Assembly (NCBI GenBank): GCA_012862495.1
Contig: BLSG01000281.1
Span: forward strand, 6,078-70,077
Origin: Thraustochytrium aureum
Lineage: Eukaryota
DNA: 64,000 nt
Direction: 5' to 3'
The notes under the pieces are model-generated. The model did not search any database. It saw only the letters and a program-made list of their open reading frames with translations, and had not been told where the DNA came from. Numbering within the stretch: position 1 is the stretch's first letter; each line of letters begins with the position of its first letter. Below, piece after piece: positions 1-10,478 of the stretch. A program made the translations under genes and the position numbers.

Positions 1-1844
1 CCGCTGGGCTCCCCGAGATCCTCGAGCACTGGAATAGGAACAAGTTTTATGGCGTAGGCGCCGCCGGGGCTGCGGGCGTGGTGGCGCTGGGCGCTACGTG
101 CGGGCCGACGCTCGGCACCGTCGCGAGCGCCGGCGCTCTCGCAGCCTACTGGTGGGTTGGGCTGAACGACATCAAGCAGACGCAGCACACGATTCGGCGC
201 AACTTTCCAGTGCTCGGCCACATGCGCTACATCCTCGAGTCGATTCGGCCTGAGATTCGGCAATACTTTATCGAGGGCGACGACGAGTCCAAGCCCTTCA
301 GCCGCGAGCAGCGCAGCGTGGTCTACCAGCGCGCCAAAGGAATGGAGGATACGATGGCGTTCGGGACGCGCCGCGACGTCTACGTGGAAGGTAAGTAGCG
401 GCTCGCGAGGCGCGCCTTGGCAGGACAGGGGGCGCTGACGGCCCCGCCTCGCGACGCGACGTTCTGTCGAAAGGCTCCGAGTGGGTGAGCCACTCGATTT
501 GGCCCAAAACGGTCAAGCCGGAGAACAAGCGCGTGCTGATCGGCAACGACGCTTGCAAGCAAAAGTACTCTGCCTGCCGGCTGAACGTGTCCGCGATGAG
601 CTACGGAGCCCTGAGCGAGAACGCCATCCTCGCGCTCAACAAGGGCGCCAAGCTGGGCAACTTTTACCACAACACCGGCGAGGGCGGTATCAGCCGCTTT
701 CATCTCGCGGGCGGCGGCGACATTGTCTGGAACGTTGGTACCGGCTACTTTGGGTGCCGCGACGCCAAGACGGGGGGCTTTGATCCCGTGCAGTTCCGCG
801 ATCGCGCGTCGCAAGAGGCCGTCAAGATGATCGAAATCAAGCTCTCACAAGGCGCCAAGCCCGGTAAGTCGCTCAAACCAGACCGAGTCTGGCGCCGTCT
901 GGCGCCACGGACGGTGTCCTGCTGTTGCTGACCAAGGCAAGTCGCATTTATACCAATTAGCGCACGGCGGCATGCTGCCTGGAGCCAAGGTGACGGAGGC
1001 CATCGCCGAGGCGCGCGGCATCCGCGTCGGCGAGACCTGCAACTCGCCCCCGAGCCACTCGGCCTTCAGCGACGCGCGGGGCCTCATCAGGTTTGTTGAC
1101 CAGCTTCGCGAGCTCTCGGACGGCAAGCCCGTCGGCTTCAAAATGTGCATGGGCCGCCCGGTGGAGGTGGCCGCCATTGTGGGCGCCATGGTCGAGATGG
1201 ACGTCTACCCCGACTTTATTACCATTGACGGATCGGGAGGGCGGGACTGGCGCTGCTCCACCAGAGTTTTCCAACCACGTCGGCTGGCCCCTCACGGATG
1301 CGCTCAACTTCATCAACAACACGCTGATCGGCGCCGGGGTCCGCGACCACGTCAAGGTGATTGCCGCCGGGCGGATTTTGTCTGGCTTCTCCATGGTCCG
1401 GACGATGGCTCTGGGAGCGGACGTGACAAACTCTGCGCGAGCCATGCTCTTTGCGATTGGGTGCATTCAGGCCCTCAAGTGCAACACGAACAAGTGCCCC
1501 ACAGGCATCACCACGCAGGACCCCCACCTGATGAAGGGGCTCGACCCGGACGAAAAGTCGACGCGGGTATACCGGTACCACAAGAAGACGCTGGAGAACT
1601 TTTACGAGATCATTGGTGCTGTAGGCCTCGACGACCCGCGCGGCCTGCGCCCGGACCACGTCATGCGCCGCATGGCTGGAGGCACCTACTCGAAGAGCTA
1701 CGCAGACGTATTCCCCCCGCTTGAGGTTGGCAGCCTGCTCTCCGGGGACCTCTCAACCACCCCTCCAACGTGCAGGCGATGTGGGACCAGGGCCAGATGG
1801 TCCTGCGTGGAACTCCCCTGCAGAGCATTCCTCTCACGCTCTAG
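1..1844 (+). CDS. FMN-binding glutamate synthase family protein (single-domain, bacterial type); 5' end probably outside the window; introns 391-473 and 864-960; apparent frameshifts ~1236 and ~1762
   Basis: Motifs IRRNFPVLGHMRY, SAMSYGALS, HNTGEGG, EIKLSQGAKP-AHGGMLPG, KPVGFK, ITIDG-EGGTGAAP, GCIQALKCNTNKCPTGITTQDP. The GTAAGT...AG introns splice in frame (G|SEWVSHS; GAKP|AHGG). Likely true stop TAG 1842-1844 after correcting an indel. Confidence 0.9.
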
Positions 1845-1936
1845 GCTGTCTCACGCGGAGCGGCGCGTTGAGCCACGAAATAATTTCTTTCAAGATCATC
1901 AATCAAAAATAGTCAAGTTCCCTTTTTTTTTCGTTT

Positions 1937-4315
1937 TCAATGCGCTCCTTCTGCCGGACAGTCCTCCATCCAGGCTCTGAACGCGATCACGTCGTGGACA
2001 ACTGTCGAGCCTGCGTCGCCCGCAGGGTCTTCCGACACAATCTGCGGGTCTGCCACGCCCTCGAGTGCCAGGACTACTTTGCCAGGGACTTCGCAGCTGT
2101 CATACGCGTCGGCCAAGAAGGCAACGAGCTTTGCAATGGTCTTTTGCGTCGCAGGGTCGTCTTCGGGGGACGACACGATGACGAAGAGCACGTCATTGCA
2201 ACACACGCGCGCCAAAACCTCGCGCGCCGCAGCCCAGAACGACCTTGCCGCGGTCGTGCCCGTGCCCGCCATCAGCGCCCTCTCGGTCGCTGCGAGGTCG
2301 GGAGCAAACTCCTCTTGCAGATCCACCAAGAACGCTCCCAGCCCGCCCTCGCAGTGCTCAAGAACGCGGACTTGGTCTTGGGCAAAATCCATGAGCTGCA
2401 CAAACTCGGCTCGCTCGCTCGGCGAAATCGAAAACAGCCAGGCTGGCTCGCCGCCAGAGGCCTCGCTCTCGGACTCGCGCTCTTCGGCAATCGAGCGGGC
2501 GTCGTCGGGCGAAGAGGCTGCGCTTGTGGCAGAGGTCGGCTCTCCGTCCTCCACAAACACACCGCCCTCGACGCCCTCCTCGGATCCCTCGTCCTCTCCA
2601 CCCCTTTCCTCCGGATCGACCTTGTCCTCAGCAGCGCGCAAGCGGCCAGGGGCGCCCACCACATCGTGTCCAACGTACGGCCCGCTCATCTTGTGCTCTT
2701 CGTCCTGGCTCTCAGCAGCGCTGTGTCGGGTCTCGAGGTCCAGGTAGATCTTGCTTCCGCCCACGCGCTGTTCATCCTGTGCTTGGTCCTGCTGGCGCTG
2801 ATAGAACTGATGCAGCATCAACTGATGCTGCTGGCTCTGGGCCTGAGCAGCCGCCGCAAACTCGCTGGCGCGCATGGCCTCTGCCTGAGCGGCTTCAACG
2901 AGCCCCTCCAGCTCGTCGACGCGGGCCTTTCGAAGGGCCAACTCGGCCTCCATGTTGTCGAGGCGCACCTTGAGATACGCCTCTTGCGCGTCCTTTAGCT
3001 CGAGATCGATGGCCTTGATGCTGATTTCGCGCTGCGCCGTCGCCAGATCGTCTATTTTGGCCGCCAGCTGGCGCTCCAAGTCGGCGACCTTGGCCTCGAG
3101 CTCGTGGACATCGCTGCCCGTCCTGGTCGCCGCTGGTGAGTCGGGAGACTTGGTGGCAGCGGCGGCGGAGCTCGCCAGCAGCGCCTTTTTTTCCATCTCT
3201 GCCCTTTGCCACTTGGTATAGTACTGGTCGCGCTGCTTTTCCAGGTCCGCGCGGATGTTGGTCACCGTCGTGAGCACCTTGTCAACCGTGGCCAGGTCCT
3301 CGCCCTTCTTGCGCGAGACCTCTTGCTCGGCGCGAAGCTTGGTACTCACTTCGAGGTTCTCCCCTTTCAGTTCCTCGTTTTCGCGCTGCAGCGCGGCCAG
3401 GTCGGCCTCCAGCTTTGCGATCGCGCGGGTCGCGGCGCCGACCTGGTGGCTCTCGGCGGCCTTTGGCTGAATTGCGCGCGTGGACCGCACGTGGTGCCGA
3501 TCTGCCTTGGCATCGTGCTCGCTGCTCGGAGCCGGGTAGATCGCGGCTGGCGCCGCCGACTTGGCCCGCGACTTGTGCCCGGCGGCGCTGTTTTCCTGAC
3601 CAACCCCCCTCTTGCTGCGAGTAGAACTGCCAGCGTGGGTTTGCACGTGAGCTGCTTCCTCGGCGGCGGAGCTGACCCCGATCTCGTTCCCGAGCGCGGA
3701 GTACCGCTTAGGTTTTTGCTCTTGCTCCTGCTGCTGGGGGGGCGCTACGCGGTGCGGGGCGAACTGCTGTTTCCCTTTCGATGCATTCGTCGAAGGCTTG
3801 GTACTGAACTGCGCTTCCTCTTTCGATCCAGTTCCCTGCCCCCTGTGTTCCCAGGCGGCGCGCGGTTGCTTTGGGGCGCTCCCACTCTGCACGTTCGGTC
3901 CGTTGTTGCTCTTTCCTGAGCCAACGGTTGACACTGACGCCTTGCGCGTGAGCCGCGTCCGCGCGCCGCCGCCGCCGTCCCTGCCGCCGCTACCTCCAGC
4001 CCGCTCTGGCCCTGAGCTTGCCTCACGCGGAGGGCCGAGCCTACTCTGTCCGTTCTCTGGCTGCGACAACACCTGGGGCTGCGTGCCGCGGCCGCTCCCG
4101 CGGTCACTCCTGCCCTTGCCCCTCCCTCTGCCTCTCCCGCTGGCAACTCTCGCCTTCTCCCCAGCCGGCGCATCCGTCGGAGCGCCGCCCACGGCAGGCC
4201 CTCTCCGGAGGCGCCTTCCCTTCCCGCAGGTTTCCTCGGCCGCCGTCGCGCCTCGGCCGCCTCGCTCATCCTCCACCGCCGCGGCGACTTGTCCTCGCTC
4301 AACCGAGGTCAGCAA
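1937..4315 (-). CDS. Hypothetical protein with low-complexity N-terminus and central coiled coil; start uncertain
   Basis: 792-codon open frame with a heptad-rich segment (IAKLEADLAALQRENEELKGENLE...VHELEAKVADLERQL) and a globular-looking C-terminus. The ORF-track start is not ATG. Confidence 0.65.
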   Translation of the reverse strand: MLTSVERGQVAAAVEDERGGRGATAAEETCGKGRRLRRGPAVGGAPTDAPAGEKARVASGRGRGRGKGRSDRGSGRGTQPQVLSQPENGQSRLGPPREASSGPERAGGSGGRDGGGGARTRLTRKASVSTVGSGKSNNGPNVQSGSAPKQPRAAWEHRGQGTGSKEEAQFSTKPSTNASKGKQQFAPHRVAPPQQQEQEQKPKRYSALGNEIGVSSAAEEAAHVQTHAGSSTRSKRGVGQENSAAGHKSRAKSAAPAAIYPAPSSEHDAKADRHHVRSTRAIQPKAAESHQVGAATRAIAKLEADLAALQRENEELKGENLEVSTKLRAEQEVSRKKGEDLATVDKVLTTVTNIRADLEKQRDQYYTKWQRAEMEKKALLASSAAAATKSPDSPAATRTGSDVHELEAKVADLERQLAAKIDDLATAQREISIKAIDLELKDAQEAYLKVRLDNMEAELALRKARVDELEGLVEAAQAEAMRASEFAAAAQAQSQQHQLMLHQFYQRQQDQAQDEQRVGGSKIYLDLETRHSAAESQDEEHKMSGPYVGHDVVGAPGRLRAAEDKVDPEERGGEDEGSEEGVEGGVFVEDGEPTSATSAASSPDDARSIAEERESESEASGGEPAWLFSISPSERAEFVQLMDFAQDQVRVLEHCEGGLGAFLVDLQEEFAPDLAATERALMAGTGTTAARSFWAAAREVLARVCCNDVLFVIVSSPEDDPATQKTIAKLVAFLADAYDSCEVPGKVVLALEGVADPQIVSEDPAGDAGSTVVHDVIAFRAWMEDCPAEGAH

Positions 4316-4447
4316 AAGCCCAAGCGCGCTCTCGATCTCGCGAGAGGACCGACTGACTGACCACGCACGTGCTCAACCAGAACGCGCCTGCCTGCGCGCA
4401 CGAGCAAGTGCCTCGCGCTGCTGCCTCGCGCTGCTGCTGCTGCTGCT

Positions 4448-4497
4448 CGCGCGTTGCGGGTCCTCGCGCGTTGCGGGTCCTCGCGCGTTGCGGGTCT
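4448..4497. repeat. 17-bp tandem repeat (TCGCGCGTTGCGGGTCC) x3, preceded by a CTG tract
   Basis: Read directly in the sequence. Confidence 0.8.
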
Positions 4498-5095
4498 GCC
4501 TCGCTCGCACAGCTGTGTTGCGCTGCGTGTTCCGCTTGTTCGTTCGCTGCCGTTGAGCAGCGAACGAAGGGAGGACTCGCTCCACATTGCACGCAAGGAC
4601 CGCTAAGAGGGACTGGCGGGCGCACCGGCGTGCTTGGACGCTGGGGCCAGGTCAAGGAGATCAGGATGCTGGCTGGATTGCTGGCTGGATTGCTGGCTGG
4701 NNNNNNNNNNNNNNNNNNNNNNNNNNNNNNNNNNNNNNNNNNNNNNNNNNNNNNNNNNNNNNNNNNNNNNNNNNNNNNNNNNNNNNNNNNNNNNNNNNNN
4801 NNNNNNNNNNNNNNNNNNNNNNNNNNNNNNNNNNNNNNNNNNATGCTCGCCGCATGGGCGGCGCGGATGGACGGTTGTGCCTGGCACTTTCGAGCTCTAG
4901 CTAGGCTAGCTAGCTGGAGGGCGTCGGGAACGAGCTCGTCCGAATGCAGAGGGTGCGTCGCTTGGAGCTGGGTCGCCAAAGGTTTTTTTTTTCGTCGTTT
5001 TAGCCGCCTCGAATGAAGGAGGCTGCCTGCCTGCCTGCCTTGCGAGCGGGCGGAGAAGGGCTCCGAGCACTACGCGCGGCAGCAGCGAGAGCAGC

Positions 5096-5883
5096 CTAGG
5101 CCCCGTCCGCGATGCGGAGGTGGGGTGGGAGCTCGTCGTCCGCGTAATTCCTGTCTTGGAAGAACAAGCGCCAGATGCGGCAATTGGCGAAAATGCGGAC
5201 GCCTGTCGTCCGCGCAAACTCTACGCCAAACGCCCGTTTGGAAATGTCTCGGAGGTCCAGGCAAATTCTATTCCAGCCAGCTGAAAGCACGATCGGAAGG
5301 CTGCACGACTGGCGCTTGCAACGCACCACGGACTGGTGGTTCGATGCAAGGATGGAATACGGCTGGCCCTGCAGAACCGATTCAAAACACCGCGGGAACG
5401 AGGCGTCAGCGCAGCTTTCTAGCAAAGCGGCGGATTGCGAGTTCAAGGTTCACTTACTCGTGTGTCCTCGATGACAAGCTCAAACCGAAAGTACCGCTTC
5501 AGGTTCTTCACATGGAAAACCAGGTACGGCTGTGTCACGTCGTGCAGGGCGAACCCGAGGTTGGCGTGTGTTCCGAGCAGCTCGACGACCTGTGCGAGCC
5601 AGCGCAAGCGTCAGAGAGATATTATTCCTTGCAAAGCGCTGCACTGGGGAGCGACCGGCGGGCGGCCCCACGCCCTGCACCGACTCACCTGGTCGTCCAC
5701 CTCGTCGTCAACCACGACGTTGACCTCTTCGCCATTCGCAGAGTCGCGCAAGTTGGCCACGTCCCCTTGCGCGCAGACAATCGGCGGAAACTCGGTCAGG
5801 TCCAGCTCGCCTTCTTCAGGCGGGAAAATCGTCACGACATCAGGCACCCCCGCATCTGGCCCAAGCGCCTCCGCGCGGTCCAT
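5096..5883 (-). CDS. CFAP20/BUG22 (DUF667) domain protein, divergent; exons 5883-5689, 5589-5458, 5368-5096
   Basis: Spliced product contains PYLVFHVKNLKRYFRFELVIED, LPIVLSAGWNRICLDL and IFANCRIWRLFFQDRNYADDELP, typical of the CFAP20 domain. Introns GTGAGT..CAG (5688-5590) and GTAAGT..CAG (5457-5369) are in frame. Confidence 0.85.
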
Positions 5884-6288
5884 CCCACTCCTACGCGTCA
5901 CAGCGCCTTACTCTAAACCAGCAACGAGAGCGCTTCGCAGGGGCTCTGCCACCGGCGCGAAGCCGTCCGAGCTGCCACCGGCGCGAAGCCGTCTTCGAGC
6001 TCTGCCGACCTCGCAACTGCTGTCTCCTGTCCGTTGCAGGCGCGCCAGAACGCGGTGTGCACAGCGGACCGACGCGTTCAGGAGAACCCACCTGGACGTG
6101 TGTACTCTGTGGGGTTGATTTGCACGTTTGGTCGTTGGGCTCCCTCGCGACGAGCAGACCACGAGGCGACCAGCAGTAGTGCGGCGAGGATCGCGCGCGC
6201 GTTTGTGCGGGCCGGTCGCGGTGGAACCGCTTGCGTGTTCGCTTCGGGGCTGCGTCTTGAGCCGCGCGGGTGCCGAGGCGGCCGGAAG

Positions 6289-6915
6289 ATGACGCAGCGC
6301 GATTTGGCGGATTCGCAAGTGCTCGAGCTAAATGTGGGCGGCGTGTTCTTCTCGACAACACGTGGCACGCTGACCAAGTTCCCTGACAGCATGCTCGGCG
6401 CGATGTTTAGCTCGCGGAATGAATGCATGCTGGGGACGGACAGCCAGAAGCGCTTCTTCATTGACCGCGACGGCAAACTGTTCCGGTTCATTCTCAACTA
6501 CTTGCGGGACGGGCGCTTCGATGTAGACCCAGAGTTTGGCGCGCTCCGAGCCTTGCTTGCAGAAGCTCGATTTTTTGCGCTTGACGGCCTCGCCGCCCTT
6601 CTGGAGGACGAGATTGAGGCGCGCAACGAGACCAAACGCGCTCAGCAGACCTCGGCCGACCTCGCAGCGCTTCTGCAGAGGGTTCTTGTCGCGCCCGCCG
6701 AAGCAAGGCGAGGAGGGTCTGCAGCAAGCGCAAGCCGTGGCAAGCAGCGCACCGTCAGCCTCGAGAGCGAGTGGACTGCGTACTCCACGGACTTTGGCGA
6801 GGAGGCGGAGCAGCTCGAGCGGGATCAAGAGTCTCGGCCCGAAGACGAAGCCGCAGGGGCACTGCCGCCCGTGGTGTTTGACCCCACGTTATTCACGAGC
6901 CCGCCCAGCTTTTGA
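6289..6915 (+). CDS. KCTD-type BTB/POZ (potassium channel tetramerisation domain) protein
   Basis: VLELNVGGVFFSTTRGTLTKFPDSMLGAMFS...FFIDRDGKLFRFILNYLRDG...LLAEARFFAL; ATG at 6289. Confidence 0.9.
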   Translation: MTQRDLADSQVLELNVGGVFFSTTRGTLTKFPDSMLGAMFSSRNECMLGTDSQKRFFIDRDGKLFRFILNYLRDGRFDVDPEFGALRALLAEARFFALDGLAALLEDEIEARNETKRAQQTSADLAALLQRVLVAPAEARRGGSAASASRGKQRTVSLESEWTAYSTDFGEEAEQLERDQESRPEDEAAGALPPVVFDPTLFTSPPSF

Positions 6916-7458
6916 CACACCCTTTGAACCATCGAAACGATCCCTCCTTAACGATAGGAAGACCACTTCTTCTTTCTCCCACCAATGCAAAACCTTCNNN
7001 NNNNNNNNNNNNNNNNNNNNNNNNNNNNNNNNNNNNNNNNNNNNNNNNNNNNNNNNNNNNNNNNNNNNNNNNNNNNNNNNNNNNNNNNNNNNNNNNNNNN
7101 NNNNNNNNNNNNNNNNNNNNNNNNNNNNNNNNNNNNNNNNNNNNNNNNNNNNNNNNNNNNNNNNNNNNNNNNNNNNNNNNNNNNNNNNCGCGCCTTCGGG
7201 GCCATTTTCACAATTCTTGCGCTCGCTCTGCCACCGCACATGGCAACTCGCGCCAAGTCGGCATCGAGCAGATACAGTGTCGATGAGGCCCATTTCACGA
7301 CCAAAAAAAGGAATGTAGCCGTTGGCCGGCAACATGCCCGAGGCAGCCTGCCACTCGGCCACGCAGGCAGGCGCGCGAGGAGACCTTGCGCTCCTTGCTG
7401 CGCGCGCCTTCGTTGTGCTGTACTTGACGCGGCACTAGTTGCGCGATCGGCTCCGAAG

Positions 7459-10137
7459 ATGGCAGCTGCCTCGGACGCTCTCCTCCGCGGCGGGCCCTTC
7501 AAAGGGAGGCGGCTCGACTTCGCAGCGGCGGCGCTGTGGATGTCCGAGCGAGATATGGACAGGGCATTCGACGGAGCTGCGACCCGAGCTGCCAAGGAGG
7601 AGAAAGCGGCCACGAGGGCCGAACGCGTGGCTTGGAAGCGCGAGCATGGCCGCAAAGCGGTGCTGAAGCGTGCGGTCCTCGCGCGCGAAATAGGCTGGGC
7701 AGCGCAGTCCACAGTTCCAGCTCAATCTAGGAAAGGGGCAAGCGCTCTCCGCGCGCTGGTTCCTCCGCGTTTGCCAAAGACTAGCCCTGCTGGCCGCGCG
7801 CGGGCCAAACGGGCGAGGACCCTGGCTGCCCCGAGCGCCCTGAGCGCCAACCAGAGCCACGATGTTGCGGGCATCACGTTCGAACGAAAAGGCGCTGCCG
7901 GATCTTTCGAGGCCTTCCTCGAACGCGAAGCCCTGGAGGCGGTCGTGTATCGAGAGGCGGTGATTGACCAGCTCAGGAGGCTCGTTCGCCCGCTGTTGGG
8001 CAAGGCGCCACCAGGGTCTCAGGTCGTCGCTATTGTGGAAGAGCTGCGTAAGGCGACCGTGGAGGCCATCCTTGCGATTCAAAAGTGGGCATCATGCTTT
8101 GTCGAGCCGAGGCCGTTCCTATTCCGTGCCGTTGGCGAGGAGACCGTGGACTACCTCCGTGCCGCAGCGGCAAGCTTGGACTTTCTGCGACTTCGGCCCG
8201 CCGCCATGAGCGCAGTTCGAGCGGCCTCCGGTGGTAGCGAGCGCATGACGTCTGTTCGGAATCCGCTCCTTCTTGGTGTCGCGCCCAGCGCTCTCGAAGA
8301 AGAAGTTATGCAGGCTATTGCCGCACAGGAAAAAGTGTTCGGATACCTCGACCTCAAGCGCTGCACGTGGTGCGGTCGGATTCCCGCAGCGGGGCAAGGC
8401 GGCGTTTCCAACCCGGCGCTAATTTCCTGCGCGGGGGCTCTTTGCGACAGAGGCCGCTACTGCGACGAGTGCATCATGGTTAACTGTGGAGGGCTACGTG
8501 GCTACAACCTGATCAAGGTTTCGAGGGCGTGGACCTGCTTTCTGTGCGTTGAGCGGCACAAGACGGTTCGAGACATGGAGCGGGCGCGTGAGCAGTCCCG
8601 TGCGGTTGAGATAAGGGCGCGCAAACGAGCAAAGGACGCTGAAGAGCTCGCCCGTAGGAAGGGTCTGCGGGCGCAACTTCCAGCGAACGTCCGGCGCAAG
8701 ACAAAGGCTATGCGATTCCTCAAGCGCCGCGTTAAAGCTGCACGACGCCACCTCAGAGAGCGAGGAAGCGCTATTGAGGTATTGAAAGCCCGTGCGGCGT
8801 GCGCAATGCTCGCCTTCGATCGAGCTCGGGCTGCACGAGAGTGGCTACTTGATGCTGCTGCAAACGCCAAGGCAGAGTGCAGCGAGATCATAGCTGCTCT
8901 TGCTGCTGCCGCAGACACCACTTGCTCAACGAATGAGGAGGGCGGTGAAAAGGAGAATCGTCCCCAAAGCAGTGCCGCGCAACGCGAGGAGGCGCTCGAC
9001 CGCTCGGGCGCCGTTTCTCGCGAAGCGCCTGGGGCACACGCTGCCCCAACTATGCCGGATATGATAGTCACACCAGCCGACATGCGACCCGCTAGCACAG
9101 CAAGGGCGTCAGGGGGCACGGCGACTCTGAGCAGCGAGACGGCGTTGTCGCCAAGCGTGCAGCGTTCCCTCGCCGCTTTGGAAGCGGAGTCCGCCACCTC
9201 CCCTTCACCCAGCGACCCAGCTATTCCCGGCGAAGCCGCGGTGACCAACGTGGCGGAATCCGGCGCCCTTGCCAGCTCTCTTGACTTGTTCGAAGAGGAA
9301 GGCGCGCGATTGAGGACCGCGACCAAGCAGGAAGCGCAAGTCGGCCCTGCGGTCTCTGTGCCAGAGGTAATTGCTCCTGCCCAAGCGGCGATTGATGTCC
9401 CAGAGGACTGGCTCGAGATGGGAAAGCGTGTGCATCTGAGGATGGCTATCCGAGTCGTCCACGACGAAATCTGCTTGGTTCGCATTGATTCGACGGAGAA
9501 GAACCCTGAAATTGTCCAAGTCGTGGCCTATGTGCCCAGCCGCTCTCTCTGGGTGGACCGCGTTCTTCTGCACAAGAGTCAAGTACGCCGCAAGTCGTGG
9601 AATCGTGAGCTTTTGGTGATTCTACGTCGGAAAGCGCATGCCCAGTTCACCGCAGATGCCCTTGAATCCCTTTCCATGCGTGCGAGCCAAGCCAAATTGC
9701 TCCTCGAGCACAACAGGAGGCAGTACCATGTGCGCCAGGAGCTGGAAAAACGTGCGGCAAAGGCACTCGCGCAAGACGAACAGCGTTGGGTCGCGCACCA
9801 GTGGCTCAAGTGGAAGGGCGATCGCGTTCTCGGGCACCTGGAGGCGCAGGTCGCCGCGCGAAAGTCGTTCCGATTCCAAGCCCGACGCGTTTGGCGCCAG
9901 CAACAAGAGCAAGACCAAGCGCGCCGCGAGCTAAAGGCCCTCGCAGACAAGGTCCAGGGCCACCTTGTCAAGCAGCGCTCGCTCTTGTGGGAGCTGGCCG
10001 GCCGCGGAGGCTACGGAAAGGTGCACTTGTTTGCTCAAATGCGAGCGCGGCGCTGGTTGGCCGACCGCGCAGCGCTCGCCCACGAAGAGCTCGGCCGGCA
10101 GGGCTCGGCTTGCCCTGCCCTGACGCACCAAACGTAA
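7459..10137 (+). CDS. Hypothetical protein with ADD/PHD-like zinc finger and coiled coils
   Basis: Long ORF; Cys cluster CTWC...ISC..LC..RYCDECIMVN...WTCFLC at 8362-8547 resembles the PHD-like part of the ATRX ADD domain. The start may lie further upstream. Confidence 0.7.
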   Translation: MAAASDALLRGGPFKGRRLDFAAAALWMSERDMDRAFDGAATRAAKEEKAATRAERVAWKREHGRKAVLKRAVLAREIGWAAQSTVPAQSRKGASALRALVPPRLPKTSPAGRARAKRARTLAAPSALSANQSHDVAGITFERKGAAGSFEAFLEREALEAVVYREAVIDQLRRLVRPLLGKAPPGSQVVAIVEELRKATVEAILAIQKWASCFVEPRPFLFRAVGEETVDYLRAAAASLDFLRLRPAAMSAVRAASGGSERMTSVRNPLLLGVAPSALEEEVMQAIAAQEKVFGYLDLKRCTWCGRIPAAGQGGVSNPALISCAGALCDRGRYCDECIMVNCGGLRGYNLIKVSRAWTCFLCVERHKTVRDMERAREQSRAVEIRARKRAKDAEELARRKGLRAQLPANVRRKTKAMRFLKRRVKAARRHLRERGSAIEVLKARAACAMLAFDRARAAREWLLDAAANAKAECSEIIAALAAAADTTCSTNEEGGEKENRPQSSAAQREEALDRSGAVSREAPGAHAAPTMPDMIVTPADMRPASTARASGGTATLSSETALSPSVQRSLAALEAESATSPSPSDPAIPGEAAVTNVAESGALASSLDLFEEEGARLRTATKQEAQVGPAVSVPEVIAPAQAAIDVPEDWLEMGKRVHLRMAIRVVHDEICLVRIDSTEKNPEIVQVVAYVPSRSLWVDRVLLHKSQVRRKSWNRELLVILRRKAHAQFTADALESLSMRASQAKLLLEHNRRQYHVRQELEKRAAKALAQDEQRWVAHQWLKWKGDRVLGHLEAQVAARKSFRFQARRVWRQQQEQDQARRELKALADKVQGHLVKQRSLLWELAGRGGYGKVHLFAQMRARRWLADRAALAHEELGRQGSACPALTHQT

Positions 10138-10478
10138 AGTGGGCGGTAGAAGGCAGGAANNNNNNNNNNNNNNNNNNNNNNNNNNNNNNNNNNNNNNNNN
10201 NNNNNNNNNNNNNNNNNNNNNNNNNNNNNNNNNNNNNNNNNNNNNNNNNNNNNNNNNNNNNNNNNNNNNNNNNNNNNNNNNNNNNNNNNNNNNNNNNNNN
10301 NNNNNNNNNNNNNNNNNNNNNNNNNNNNNNNNNNNNNNNNNTGGGCGGTAGAAGGCAAGAAGTGAAAAAGACGAACGCGGGAATGGCAAGCAGGAAATGA
10401 AAATACGAGAGCGGGAATGGCTGTTTTTGGTTCCCTGTCGGGCGAGGCACTGCAGACAAAGACACAACACGCAGAGAA

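Noticed and set aside
1940..2998. Long antisense and overlapping ORFs here and throughout (e.g. 23356-24336, 43697-44914, 57229-58536)
   Set aside because: Shadow frames of GC3-rich real genes, with no recognisable motifs.
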